Below, one piece after another: positions 1 to 9,737 of a stretch of 64,000 bases of DNA. Source of the DNA: Nannocystis pusilla (GTDB lineage Bacteria > Myxococcota_A > Polyangia > Nannocystales > Nannocystaceae). How positions within the stretch are numbered: position 1 is the stretch's first letter; every line of letters begins with the position of its first letter. The DNA lies in the NCBI RefSeq assembly GCF_051105105.1, contig NZ_CP185339.1. The stretch is one strand, 5' to 3'. The notes beneath the pieces were generated by a model. It was given only the letters and a program-made list of their open reading frames with translations. It ran no database searches and was not told where the DNA came from. Made by a program: the position numbers and the translations under genes.

Positions 1-723
1 GGCGTTGCCGAGCCCGTGAGCCAAAAGGAGGCGAGCATTCTCGACGCCCCCGGCGGCGAAGACGAACTGCCGCGCAGCGACGGTAAACTGGGCACCTCCA
101 GAGCCGTGGACATGCACGGCCTCGACTCGCGCGCCGCTGGGATCGCGCGCGACGGCCGTGACCGTGGCGCCGAGATGGACGACGACGTTCTCGTCGCCGG
201 CTAAACGTTCGGCGATACACGTCCGCGGCGGTGTGCCGACCTGGCGTGAACGCGTAGCGCCGCTCCGCCAGCAGCCCGCCCAGGATCGGGCGCTCCGGGC
301 CGGGCCGCGCGAACGAGGGGTGGAGACCGCAAATCTCGGCAGCGCGCCGCTGATAGTAAAGCAACTCGCTCCACGGGAGCGGCCACCCGCTGTGCTCGAC
401 CCATTCGCGGCGCTGCAGGTCCAGCTCGAGCAGCGGCGTACACCACCCGCCCCAGGCGTTTTGACTGCCCCCGAACATCCGCAGGCGAGACGCGGTGAGG
501 TAAAAGGGGTTGTCGTGGAGGATAGGGCCCGTGGCCCAACCGAGGTTCAGGGCCTGCGTCGCGGCGTCGAGTTCGAAGCCGCCGGACTCGAGGACCGCGA
601 CGGTCTTGCCCGTCCCCGCCAATTCGCCGGCGATGCAGATCCCCGCCGGGCCGGCGCCGACGATGCAGACATCGACGTCTCGGCGCGGGACGACGGCCTG
701 GCGAGCGTGATCGATCAGCATGG
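1..723 (-). CDS. GMC-family / FAD-dependent oxidoreductase, runs off the window start; apparent 1-nt frameshift near 205-220
   Basis: N-terminus MLIDHARQAVVPRRDVDVCIVGAGPAGICIAGELAGTGKTVAVLESGG (FAD Rossmann GxGxxG). The downstream frame gives LAGDENVVVHLGATVTAV...FVFAAGGVENARLLLAHGLGNA, typical of GMC oxidoreductases. The ATG overlaps the stop of the rSAM gene (TCATGA). Confidence 0.5.
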
Positions 724-740
724 CGCTCCGAATCGCTGGT

Positions 741-1724
741 TCATGAGTCGACGACGGGCAGCGAGACCTTTCGCCCGCGCGTCGCCCCGGTGACGGCGTC
801 CGCGATCCCGCAGCCTCGGCACGGGGACGGAATGTCCCCCCGAGACAAGGATTCGGCGGCCTCGCGCCTGCGCCGGGCGATCTCCTCCGGGGAATCGCGC
901 AGCACGTGCCCGAATCCCTGGCCGGGCTTCTTGCTGAAGCAGCACGCCATGACCTCGCCGTCGATGGTGAGATAGCCGCCACGCTCCAACCACGGGCACG
1001 TCCCTGCGGCGGGATCGAAGCCGGCGAACAGCGCACCGTAATAGGAGCGTGCGTCGGCTCGCGTGGAGGCGCGCTTCACCGCGGCATCGACCACCCACGC
1101 GTAGCCGCGCCAGAGCTCGTGCGGGACCTGCTGTTCGCGCATCGCGTCGTCGTAGTGGTCGGTGTAACAGCTCATGTCCTGCAGCAACTGGACGCCGATC
1201 CCGCCGTCGAGTTCGAGCTCCCGGTAGAGCTCCACGATGTCGTGGATCGCGGTCAGCGTGCGCCGCAAGATCGTGACCGAGAACCCGACCACCGGCCGAT
1301 CGCGGCCGAGCTCTCGGCGGCGCCGCACGAGCAGGCGAACGCCGTCGATCACCTTCGAGAGCTTGCCGCCGCGAATGACCCGAAATTCGTCGGCGTCGGC
1401 GGACTCCAGGGACACGTGGATCGACTCGACGCCGTGATGAATGAGCTGCTCGACCGTCTCGAGGCCCAAGAGGCTGCCGTTGGTGATCAGCGACACACGC
1501 AAGCCGCGCGCCCGGCACGCGGACACGAGGTCGAAGAAGCGCGCGTGCATCAGCGGCTCTCCCTCGCCCTGCAGCTCGACGTGCTCGAGGTCCGGGTGCA
1601 TGGCGAGGAACCGCTCGAAGGCTGGATAAGGGAGGTCTCCCTGGCGCATGAAACGACCGGCGCAGAATCCACAGGTGAAGTTGCAGCGCGTCGTCGGCTC
1701 GATCTGTGCGAATCGTAGGGTCAT
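741..1724 (-). CDS. radical SAM enzyme with C-terminal SPASM/twitch domain (peptide-modifying rSAM maturase type)
   Basis: CNFTCGFC (CxxxCxxC) near the N-terminus, plus C-terminal Cys cluster CPWLERGG...MACCFSKK...CRGCGIA. Lies 6 bp downstream of the GT gene. Confidence 0.85.
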   Translation of the reverse strand: MTLRFAQIEPTTRCNFTCGFCAGRFMRQGDLPYPAFERFLAMHPDLEHVELQGEGEPLMHARFFDLVSACRARGLRVSLITNGSLLGLETVEQLIHHGVESIHVSLESADADEFRVIRGGKLSKVIDGVRLLVRRRRELGRDRPVVGFSVTILRRTLTAIHDIVELYRELELDGGIGVQLLQDMSCYTDHYDDAMREQQVPHELWRGYAWVVDAAVKRASTRADARSYYGALFAGFDPAAGTCPWLERGGYLTIDGEVMACCFSKKPGQGFGHVLRDSPEEIARRRREAAESLSRGDIPSPCRGCGIADAVTGATRGRKVSLPVVDS

Positions 1725-1730
1725 GAGTCC

Positions 1731-3008
1731 TCACAGCGTCGTCGTGGCCCAGGGATCGGCGGACGCCGGCCGCAACACGGGCTGTCGGGTCTCGGCCAGG
1801 CGCTCGAGCAGGGACGCGCCGAGGTCCGGCGCGTTCAGCCGGGCGTGGCTCGCCATGATCCGCCGGGCGTTCGCGCGGAAGCCAGGCTCTGCGAGCACGC
1901 GACGGACCGCCGTGCGCAGCGCCTCGGGCGTGCAAGTCGTCGGATCGAGGCGAATCCCGGCCCCTGCCCATTCGCAACGAGCGGCGATCTCGCTCTGGTC
2001 AGCGGTGAGCGGGAGGAGGACCAGCGGAATGCCGCGGCTCAGCGCGGCATGGACGGCGCCGGCCCCGGCGTGCGTGATCGCCAGCGACAGGCGGTCGACG
2101 AGATCGAGGAATGGGACGAATCGCTCGAGCATGACGTTCGCGGGCAGCGCCCCGAACTCGGCGGGGTCGAAGTCGCGGACGACGGTCGCCACCACGCGCA
2201 CGGGCTCGCCGCCGAGCGCGGCGATGGCGAGCTCGATGACCACGGGATGCGCGTTGTAGGTCGCTCCCTGCGAGACGTAGACGATGGGCTCGTCGGTCGA
2301 CAGCGCCGCGATGCGGTCAGGCATCGCCGCGAGCGGCGCCTGCCACAGGAGCGGACCGATGAACCAAAATTGCGGCGGAAGGTCCGTGCGTGGATACTCG
2401 AACGCCGGCGAGCTGGCGAGCAGCACGAGCCATGGACTCGCAGCGGAACGCCACGGATGGCCACCGCTCGGCCGCAGACCGAGCGACGCCCGCGCCGCGT
2501 CCCACACGGCGACCTCGTCCGCTTCGCGGTCCCGCTGAATCAGGGTGGAGAGCCGCGCGAGCGTGCGGCCGCGCTCGGTCGTCGGTGGGGGCAGGCCGGG
2601 GCCGTGGGGGAAAAGAGGGTCGCGCGTCGGGATCGGGTAACAGCCGGCGAACAGGCTGGCGTGCGGCAGCGATCGCCGCTCGGCGAGCAGGCGCGGCGCG
2701 AACGGAAAGGTCCCGTCGACGAGGACGTTCGGGCAGAAGTCGTCGCAGACGCGGCCGAGCAGCTCGACCTGCGCCGGCAGCCGCTGCAGGGCGGCGCAGG
2801 GCCGCTCCGGGACTCGTGGGGCCTCTGGCCCGTAGACTCCGTTGCGGACGAAGAAGGAGCGCACTCCCGCGTGCTCGAGCCCGAGGTCGAGGTCGGGATC
2901 GAGGACATAGGCGACGTCGTGCCCCCGGGAGCGCAGGGCGAGGGCCAGGGGAACCGTGGGGAACAGGTCGCCGGGCTCGGGAGCGGGGCAGAACAGGAAG
3001 CGCGCCAT
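1731..3008 (-). CDS. GT-B fold glycosyltransferase (GT1/MGT, UDP-glycosyltransferase-like)
   Basis: C-terminal donor-binding signature ITHAGAGAVHAALSRGIPLVLLPLTADQ, ~425 aa. Confidence 0.8.
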   Translation of the reverse strand: MARFLFCPAPEPGDLFPTVPLALALRSRGHDVAYVLDPDLDLGLEHAGVRSFFVRNGVYGPEAPRVPERPCAALQRLPAQVELLGRVCDDFCPNVLVDGTFPFAPRLLAERRSLPHASLFAGCYPIPTRDPLFPHGPGLPPPTTERGRTLARLSTLIQRDREADEVAVWDAARASLGLRPSGGHPWRSAASPWLVLLASSPAFEYPRTDLPPQFWFIGPLLWQAPLAAMPDRIAALSTDEPIVYVSQGATYNAHPVVIELAIAALGGEPVRVVATVVRDFDPAEFGALPANVMLERFVPFLDLVDRLSLAITHAGAGAVHAALSRGIPLVLLPLTADQSEIAARCEWAGAGIRLDPTTCTPEALRTAVRRVLAEPGFRANARRIMASHARLNAPDLGASLLERLAETRQPVLRPASADPWATTTL

Positions 3009-3134
3009 CTCGTCCAGGGCCTCTTCAGGGGTGTCGGGTGGAGTCAGTTTTTCGGCTCCTCGAGCAGCGCGAAGCCGGAGGTGAAGCGGCTGAGGAGCGG
3101 CTGCGGATCGTGAGCCTCGCCGCGGGCCAGCTCG

Positions 3135-4077
3135 TCAGGGTGGGCGAGCGTCGGCGGGAGCGAGAGCGGAGACAGCACGGACCCCACGACCGCCGTCTCG
3201 ACGCGCCGGAGCAATTCCCTCACTCGCCGCACCAGCTCGATCTTGGCGGCGACGTGCGGCTCCCCCACGGCCTCTGGAACACTGGTCGCCGGCTTGTAAT
3301 CCGCATACCGGGTCATGCGAAGGACCTCGAGCATGTGCTCGACGACGTTCGAGCTCGTTGAAGGCTCGCAGCCCGAGGCTGAGCGACACCGACCACCCGA
3401 CGCCGGTGACGCGATGGACGGAGTACGCCGGGACGTAGAGCGCGTCGCCCGGGCGCAGCAAGAACTCCCGCGTGGGAGCGCCGAATGGCACTTCGCGGGC
3501 GGGATGCCACGACGGATCGCGCGAGAGCGCGAGCATGTCGTCGATCCGGACGCCCTCCTCGACGCGCCATCGCCGTTCTCCGTGGAGCTGAAGCGTGAAC
3601 ACCTCGGTGGTGTCGAAGTGGGTGCCAAGCCCGGACTCGGGGCCCGCGAGGAACAGATCGACATCCTCGGAGCGCGCGGGTCGCATGTACAGCATCGACA
3701 CCGACCGGCACAGGCTGCCGAACAGCGCCCGGAGGGCGGCCCAGCGCAGGGGCGTGTCCGGCCGGTGCCAGGTCTTGCTCATCTTGATCGCCGCGACGCA
3801 GCCGGCCTCGACGCCGCGCCGCAGATCTTCGGGGCTGGTGTGCGTCGTGAAGTACCGGGCGCCGTCTCGCGACCCCACTGCGAGGTACGGGACGGGCTGC
3901 GACGCGACCATGTCGGCGAGGTATTCGTCGACGCCGTAGGTCCCGACGAGCTCCAAGCCTGCCCCCGGGACATGGAGCGGCCGTTGCCCCCAGTGTCGCG
4001 CGAAGAATTCGGCGACCGAGCCGCCGAGCATCCGCGCGACCACGGCGTCCAGCAAATCCTGCTTCGATTCATTCATG
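3135..4077 (-). CDS. JmjC/cupin-4 type Fe(II)/2OG oxygenase (putative peptide hydroxylase); C-terminal end uncertain
   Basis: MNESKQ start overlaps the PhyH stop (CCCATGAATGA). Cupin core HFDTTEVFTLQLHGERRW...YVPAYSVHRVTG. The upstream part of the 600-aa ORF is an alternate-frame artefact. Confidence 0.6.
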
Positions 4078-4971
4078 GGGGGCCCGTTCGCCGCTATCTC
4101 TGACGATAGATTCACACGTGGGGGGAGGGTCGCAAGCCCCGCCTGCGCGGCCCGGCCAGCCCTTCGGCGCCGAGCGGTACGGCGGCGGCGGCGGCGGCAA
4201 CTCGGGCGATGGCGGCCAGACGACAGGAGTGCCGAGGCCCTCGATTCGCTCGCCGACTGCGATGCCTTCGCGATCGACCGACGCGTGCGGCCACGCCGTG
4301 CCGCGGGTGCTGCCGTCGGCGAAGAAGGTGACCGCGAACGCCTTACGCGTGCGCTGCGATCGATTCGCCGTGGCGAGGTGGAAGGTGAGGACGTGGTGGA
4401 AGGCGACGCTGCCGGGGCTGAGCTCGTGGAATGCCGGTTCGGCCAGCAGCGCCTGAAGTTCGGGCTTATGCAGGGGATCGTCGCCGCGGGAGATGTCGAG
4501 GTTGGTCGCCCGCCCGTGCAGGTGCGAGCCCGGCAGGTAACCGAGCGCGCCTGCCTCCCGCGTCGACCCGTTGAGCGAGATCCACGCGGTGATCGTTCGA
4601 GTCTCCGCGATGGAGAGCAGACGATAGTCCTGATGCACGCCGGTCTCGTCGCTCCCAGGCTCCTTGTAGAAGGACTGATCGCAATAGATGCGGAGCTTCG
4701 GCGCGCCGAGGAGCGCGCTGGCGATCGCCGCCAGCCGCGGCGCGAAGGTGTATGCGCGGACCTCCGGCGAATCCTCCCATAGGTTATAATGCTGCGTGAA
4801 CATCCGATCGTACGCGTCCCGCTCTGCCATCGGCGGCGGCGGGTCGGCACGTCGGACCAGGGCGGCGTCCACGGCCGCACACAGCCGCTCCGTCTCTTCG
4901 CGGGAGAACACTTCGGGGACGACCAGGTAGCCGTCACGGGCGAATTGAGCGACGTCGAGGGACGAGACCAC
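4069..4971 (-). CDS. phytanoyl-CoA dioxygenase (PhyH) family Fe(II)/2OG oxygenase
   Basis: PhyH-like fold with HQDY (HxD) and a distal His. Lies 16 bp downstream of the YcaO gene. Confidence 0.8.
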   Translation of the reverse strand: MVSSLDVAQFARDGYLVVPEVFSREETERLCAAVDAALVRRADPPPPMAERDAYDRMFTQHYNLWEDSPEVRAYTFAPRLAAIASALLGAPKLRIYCDQSFYKEPGSDETGVHQDYRLLSIAETRTITAWISLNGSTREAGALGYLPGSHLHGRATNLDISRGDDPLHKPELQALLAEPAFHELSPGSVAFHHVLTFHLATANRSQRTRKAFAVTFFADGSTRGTAWPHASVDREGIAVGERIEGLGTPVVWPPSPELPPPPPPYRSAPKGWPGRAGGACDPPPTCESIVRDSGERAPHE

Positions 4972-4986
4972 GCGTACCTCCGCGGT

Positions 4987-7170
4987 TCATGGAAAGCAGT
5001 GAGGGATCGGATTCAACGCATCCTCACTGGTGCGCGCCGGGTGGTACGCCATGCGTACCGGCGCCTCGTAGAGGCGGGACCCGCCGAGACGCAACAGCGG
5101 ACCGAAGCCGAGCGGCTGTAGGCCCGGCACGATCGCCCGCACGACCCGGATCCCGCTGTCGACGACGTCCGGCGCCGTGATGTCCACGCCGATGAGGTCG
5201 TGCCCGCGCCGGGCCAGCCGGTCAGACAGGGCGCAGAGATCATCGCACGCGTCGCTGGCGAGGGAGCGCTGCGGGACAATCGCCCGACGCGCCGACGCCC
5301 ACAAGAACGACGCGTGTCGCAGCCAATCGGGGTGTTCGTAGGCGCGGCTGTGATCCTCGAGCCGGAGGACCTCGCAGGGCGCGAGGGGTGGACGCGCGCT
5401 CCACCCCTCGGTGGCGTTGTGACTGGCGGCGTGGAGCTCGGAGAGCGCGCGTCCGAGGGCGAGCGCCGGATCGAGGGAGGCGCCTGCGCCGACGAGCAGC
5501 GCGGGTCGCTGGCCGTCGTCGCGGATGCCGAGCGCGAGGTACACGGGGACCGCCAGGTCGGTGCAGATATCGGCGACGCGCACCGCGTAACCGCGGGTCT
5601 CGACCTGGTCGACGAGGCGCCTGCAGACGACGTTGTCGATACTATCGACGTTGACCAGCGGCGGAGAGAGGCGGTGCAGCCAATGAATCATGAAGGCGTC
5701 GCGTTCGACGAGCTCGAGCGCGCCGTGGAGCAGCGCGGCCCCGCGGCTGCCGTGGGCCGCGACGCCGCTGGACGTTTCGCCGAGCAGCCAGTCGTCATGC
5801 CCGTACCACGCGCTGCTGCTCGGGACGAGCACCGGCCGGCCGCGAGTGAAGTTGTACCCGCACGTCCACCATAGCGGCCGCGCGGCGTCGAAGGGCTGGA
5901 ACGGGAAGCCGGACCGCAGGTATTGCGATGGCGAGAAGAGGGCGAGCGCGGTCGGCGAGAGCGCCCGCTCCGCGACCGCGGCGTACGTAGCGAGGAGGCC
6001 GGGCTTGGCCGGTGACAGGCCGCTGTAGCGCTCGACGGCCTCGATGATCGCCACGGCCTCGGCCTCGGCTCGACTCGCGGCCGCGCCGTGACACCAGTTA
6101 TTCAAGGCGCCCCCGGCCTCCTCGGGCTGGGGCATGGCGAAGCGCGCGACGGCGATGTGCGGGAGCGCGGGTTCGAGCGACTCGCACCCGCGCGGCGGCG
6201 GCATCCATGCTGCCACGCCGCATAGGTCGCTCACGAGCGGGGCGGCGCGGCGGCCCAGCTCGGCGAGGGCGATCGGGGGCTCGAGCCAGGCTGCCGGCGA
6301 GAGCGGGGAGGGTTCGTGATCTTCGGGGTCGGTCGGCGCCGCGCAGGCTTCGCAGCGCGGGTGCCGGACGAGTGTCGCCTCCGTTATCGCACGCGACTCA
6401 CGGTCGATCAGGGCCAGCCGAGCGCCATCGTCCGAGCGCGCGAGGAGTCGGGCGACCGTGGCGGCGATCGGCGCGGCGATGTCAGCGGCCTCCGCTTGCC
6501 CGATCCGCGACTCGGGCCGCCACATGCCGGTGCGCAGACGAGCGAGCCAGGCCCGCTCGAGCTCGATCGACGGTGAGATCGCCAGCCAGCGGAGCAGGAA
6601 GCAGCGGAAACAGGCGGAGCAGCCCGGCCGGATCAGCGGACCGACCAGGACGGCGTCGCCGAACGGGAGGATCGCGAGGAAGGCGAAGTGCGCCTCCAGG
6701 GCCGAACGATGGGTCGTCTCGATTCGAGCGAGATCGGGACCGTCCGGACAGAGGAGGCGTACGTCCGCAGCGGTGATTTCGTCCTCGCAAGCTCTCGCGG
6801 CGACGCCGAGCGCCTCGAGGCGGATCGCGACCGCTTGCGCGAGCGAGTTCTGCGGGGGGCTCATGACCGCCGGTATGTCGTGCTCCGCCGTCGCGGACTC
6901 GAGGGGGCCCTCCGCGAGGAATCCGAGCTGAGTGAGCGCGTCGAGCATGCGCAACGCGTAGAACGCGTCGCTCGTACGTTCACCGCTGAGCAAGGCGGAG
7001 AAATCGTGGGTGCCATCGAGCTTCGCCAAAATCCTCGCTGCTGCCGCCCTGTGGCCCGGATCGATCTGCAGGGCGCCGCGTACCGATCGCACGACGAGCT
7101 CGGCGCGAGCCTCGAAGACGTCACAACCGACGCAGAGCCTGGGTCGGTCCGGCAGAGTCTCGCTCCGCAT
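4987..7170 (-). CDS. fused E1-like (cyclodehydratase C-protein) / YcaO (D-protein) azoline-forming peptide maturase
   Basis: N-terminal half carries Cys pairs LCVGCD, PGCSACFRCF, HPRCEAC (E1-like Zn site). C-terminal half is a YcaO domain (AIIEAVERYSG..., PVLVPSSSAWYGHDDW, SELHAASHN). 727 aa. Confidence 0.85.
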   Translation of the reverse strand: MRSETLPDRPRLCVGCDVFEARAELVVRSVRGALQIDPGHRAAAARILAKLDGTHDFSALLSGERTSDAFYALRMLDALTQLGFLAEGPLESATAEHDIPAVMSPPQNSLAQAVAIRLEALGVAARACEDEITAADVRLLCPDGPDLARIETTHRSALEAHFAFLAILPFGDAVLVGPLIRPGCSACFRCFLLRWLAISPSIELERAWLARLRTGMWRPESRIGQAEAADIAAPIAATVARLLARSDDGARLALIDRESRAITEATLVRHPRCEACAAPTDPEDHEPSPLSPAAWLEPPIALAELGRRAAPLVSDLCGVAAWMPPPRGCESLEPALPHIAVARFAMPQPEEAGGALNNWCHGAAASRAEAEAVAIIEAVERYSGLSPAKPGLLATYAAVAERALSPTALALFSPSQYLRSGFPFQPFDAARPLWWTCGYNFTRGRPVLVPSSSAWYGHDDWLLGETSSGVAAHGSRGAALLHGALELVERDAFMIHWLHRLSPPLVNVDSIDNVVCRRLVDQVETRGYAVRVADICTDLAVPVYLALGIRDDGQRPALLVGAGASLDPALALGRALSELHAASHNATEGWSARPPLAPCEVLRLEDHSRAYEHPDWLRHASFLWASARRAIVPQRSLASDACDDLCALSDRLARRGHDLIGVDITAPDVVDSGIRVVRAIVPGLQPLGFGPLLRLGGSRLYEAPVRMAYHPARTSEDALNPIPHCFP

Positions 7171-7512
7171 GCGGCATGCGATACCACTGCGTCACGGCAT
7201 CGCCACGCAGCTCAGCGCCGACGGAGCTGTGATTCAGGGCCAAACGACGATATTCTGCAGAGCACATTGGTGACCCGGGGCGGAGGCTGCATCGCGGTCA
7301 GGAAGAAGCCGTCGTCGCGTCTTCACGGTGCGCGAGCGACGCGGCTATGTGGGCTCTCGAGATCGAGCCCTGCGCAGCGCATATCCGCTCGGAGCATTCG
7401 GCGCTGCGCGCCGAAAGACGGCGCCGACGACCCAAGGGGTAGACCGGCCCCTCGATGGCACGAATGGCGGAGGTCGCACCGCGCTCCTCGATGACGCGAC
7501 GCGCCTCCGCGG

Positions 7513-8385
7513 TCAGGGGGCGCGGTCCCGCGCTCGCGCCGGGTCGAAGCGCAGGCTGACCTCGACCGCGCGCCCGTCCGTGCCGCGCGCCGTCACCGAT
7601 TGGTCCTTCATCCTGTGCGTCAGGTGGAGGATGCCCAGCGGCTCCCCCGGGATGCCGGGTTCGTGGAACAGGCCGGTCGCCATCCGGTACTCCGGAAGCG
7701 CGAGATGACAGGTCCAGTTGCAGCGCGAGGGGAGCGGATAGACGGGGAGGCGCTCCATCCATAGCATGAAGTTCAGGGCGGTCTGGTCGGTCACCAGCCG
7801 TCCGCCGCAGGCCTCGATTCCCTGCTTCATCCATTCTCCCCACAGCTCCCAGTGCGGCGCGCCGGCGTGCAGAGCGAAGACGCCCGAGTTCACGTACGTC
7901 TGCATCAGCAGCGCCTCGATGGGGACCTGGCCGAAGTAGCAGCGCAAGCTGTCGATACGCCAATGCACGGCCAGGGGGCTGTGCCTGTAGAAGCGGTCGA
8001 TCTGGGGGACGATCGCCATCTTTCCCGTCGCGGCGGCCGCCGCGAGCCAGTCGAGCGCGAAGGGCTGCTGGACCCATGTGTCGGCATCGAGCCAGAGGTA
8101 CATGTCGTAACCGGGGAAGTGCCGCGGCAAGAACGGTCGCGCCGTCATCGCTCGCAATCCCGGCCTCTCGCGGGCGAGGTCCGCATCGATCGGGATGTCC
8201 CAGCCCGGCTTGACGATGTGAACCTCGTACTGCGCCAGCCACTCGAGCGTCTCGGGCGACAGGTCGAGGTCCAGTACGCCCAGCTCTCCGTGGATCGGCG
8301 GCCCCCACTGGAAGAGGGATTCGACGAGCCCCTTGAGGAGCGTCGCATACCCTTCGTCGGCGGCGGTCACGATCAGCAGGCGCAT
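7513..8385 (-). CDS. GT-A fold nucleotide-sugar glycosyltransferase (GT8-like, DxD)
   Basis: MRLLIVTAADEGYA...YLWLDADTW (DAD metal site). Confidence 0.75.
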   Translation of the reverse strand: MRLLIVTAADEGYATLLKGLVESLFQWGPPIHGELGVLDLDLSPETLEWLAQYEVHIVKPGWDIPIDADLARERPGLRAMTARPFLPRHFPGYDMYLWLDADTWVQQPFALDWLAAAAATGKMAIVPQIDRFYRHSPLAVHWRIDSLRCYFGQVPIEALLMQTYVNSGVFALHAGAPHWELWGEWMKQGIEACGGRLVTDQTALNFMLWMERLPVYPLPSRCNWTCHLALPEYRMATGLFHEPGIPGEPLGILHLTHRMKDQSVTARGTDGRAVEVSLRFDPARARDRAP

Positions 8386-8528
8386 GGGCGTTCCGGGGCG
8401 AGGGAGCGCGGCGAGACGGTTACGACCCAGAATAACGCCACCCGGGGCAGTGGCGAGCCCCAGAACAGGTCCATCTCGGTGAACAGCACACCCGGCGATC
8501 GCTCGCGGCCGCGGGCTCGGCTATAGAC

Positions 8529-9737
8529 ATGGTGATGCAGCTCTACTTTCCGTTCGCAGACGGAGCCTTCGGTTATCATTGTCGCGAGTGCGGCTTTCGC
8601 TGCTGTAAAGGTGCAGGGTTCTTTCCGACCGTGGCCGAGCACACATTTCTGAGCGAGCGTCATCCTTCGCTCGCGTTGTTCACGCTCAACGCGGCGCGCT
8701 CGGCTCAGGACCGGCTGATGGCGGTGGCCAATCACGACTGCTTCTTCCTCGCCGACAGCGGTCAGTGCAAGATACACACCCAGCATGGGCGGCAGCGCAA
8801 GCCATTATTCTGTCGATTGTTCCCGGCCGTACGCTTCACCCGCGTGGGTGCGCGGCTGGTGGTCGATCTGCACGATCTTTGTCCGATCCGTCCGTTCCAT
8901 GCTGGCTCCGAGGACTTCGTCTTGCGTCACGCCGAGCTGTGTGACGACCTGCACGCCGAGCTCGAGACCGTGCTCGCGCTGGCCGAGCCCGCACCCACCG
9001 ACGAGGCGGGCGTGCCGCGGCTCGAGCCGGCGCGGCTCGACTACGAGGCGTGGCTGCGCGACCTGGTGCAGGCGGAACCGCAGCTCGGGCTGTTCGAGTA
9101 CTGTGCGATCGACGACTGGAACGCGCAGCACGGCTGGCCAGCCGCACGCCCACCCAGCGCCGAGCTCGAGCGCGGCCGGCAAGAGGCACGGGCGCGGCTG
9201 CGAGCGATGGCAGCCCTGCTGCTCTGCGAAGACGAACTCGACGTCGATCGTATCGCCTGCGAGCGCTTGCTGCTGGCGCTCGCGCCGCGAGTGCGGCTCG
9301 CTCTCGCGTCGCGCCTGCCGCCCGCGCTCGGCAGCGCGGAGCTGTGGCGACTCGCGCACCGGATGGTGCTCGCGCTGGCGCTGTATTTGGAGGTGGTCGC
9401 CGCCACCGCGGGCTCGGCTGTCACGACCTCCACCGTGAACCACGCGCTCAAGGGCAGCTTGCTCTTGCTCGCGCTGCTGGCTCAGCTCGATCGGGTGCCG
9501 ACTTTCGGCGCGTCGCCGCTGCACGCCGTGGTGCTCGCTCCGCCTGCCGCGATCGAACACGAGCTGCTGACGGTGGTCGAGCAGATTCACGGTCCCACGC
9601 AGCCAGTGACGCTGGCGCAGATGGTGAGCGCAGCGAGCTCGTCGCGCCTGACCCGCTCGCGAGTCCTGCGCAACCTCGCGGAGCTGTCCTCACATTTGCG
9701 CTTCACGGACGCGGGCGAGGAAGAGCCGAGCCGGTGA
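8529..9737 (+). CDS. YkgJ/UPF0153-like Fe-S/zinc-chelating domain protein (CxxCxxCC) with long C-terminal extension
   Basis: YHCRECGFRCCKG motif near the N-terminus. Divergent from the GT-A/YcaO operon. Confidence 0.6.
   Translation: MVMQLYFPFADGAFGYHCRECGFRCCKGAGFFPTVAEHTFLSERHPSLALFTLNAARSAQDRLMAVANHDCFFLADSGQCKIHTQHGRQRKPLFCRLFPAVRFTRVGARLVVDLHDLCPIRPFHAGSEDFVLRHAELCDDLHAELETVLALAEPAPTDEAGVPRLEPARLDYEAWLRDLVQAEPQLGLFEYCAIDDWNAQHGWPAARPPSAELERGRQEARARLRAMAALLLCEDELDVDRIACERLLLALAPRVRLALASRLPPALGSAELWRLAHRMVLALALYLEVVAATAGSAVTTSTVNHALKGSLLLLALLAQLDRVPTFGASPLHAVVLAPPAAIEHELLTVVEQIHGPTQPVTLAQMVSAASSSRLTRSRVLRNLAELSSHLRFTDAGEEEPSR

Noticed and set aside
16-204. 62-aa plus-strand ORF at window start
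   Set aside because: Antisense to the GMC oxidoreductase C-terminal region; no features.
715-1977. 420-aa ORF on minus strand overlapping the rSAM gene
   Set aside because: Arg/Pro/Ala-rich low-complexity translation typical of an alternate frame in high-GC DNA. The rSAM frame has clear motifs.
3135-4937. 600-aa minus ORF
   Set aside because: Only the last ~310 aa (from MNESKQ) look like a protein (cupin). The first ~290 aa are an alternate frame of the PhyH gene.
7298-8308. 336-aa minus ORF
   Set aside because: Alternate frame of the GT-A gene. Only its intergenic tail was examined as a precursor candidate, and it has no in-frame start.
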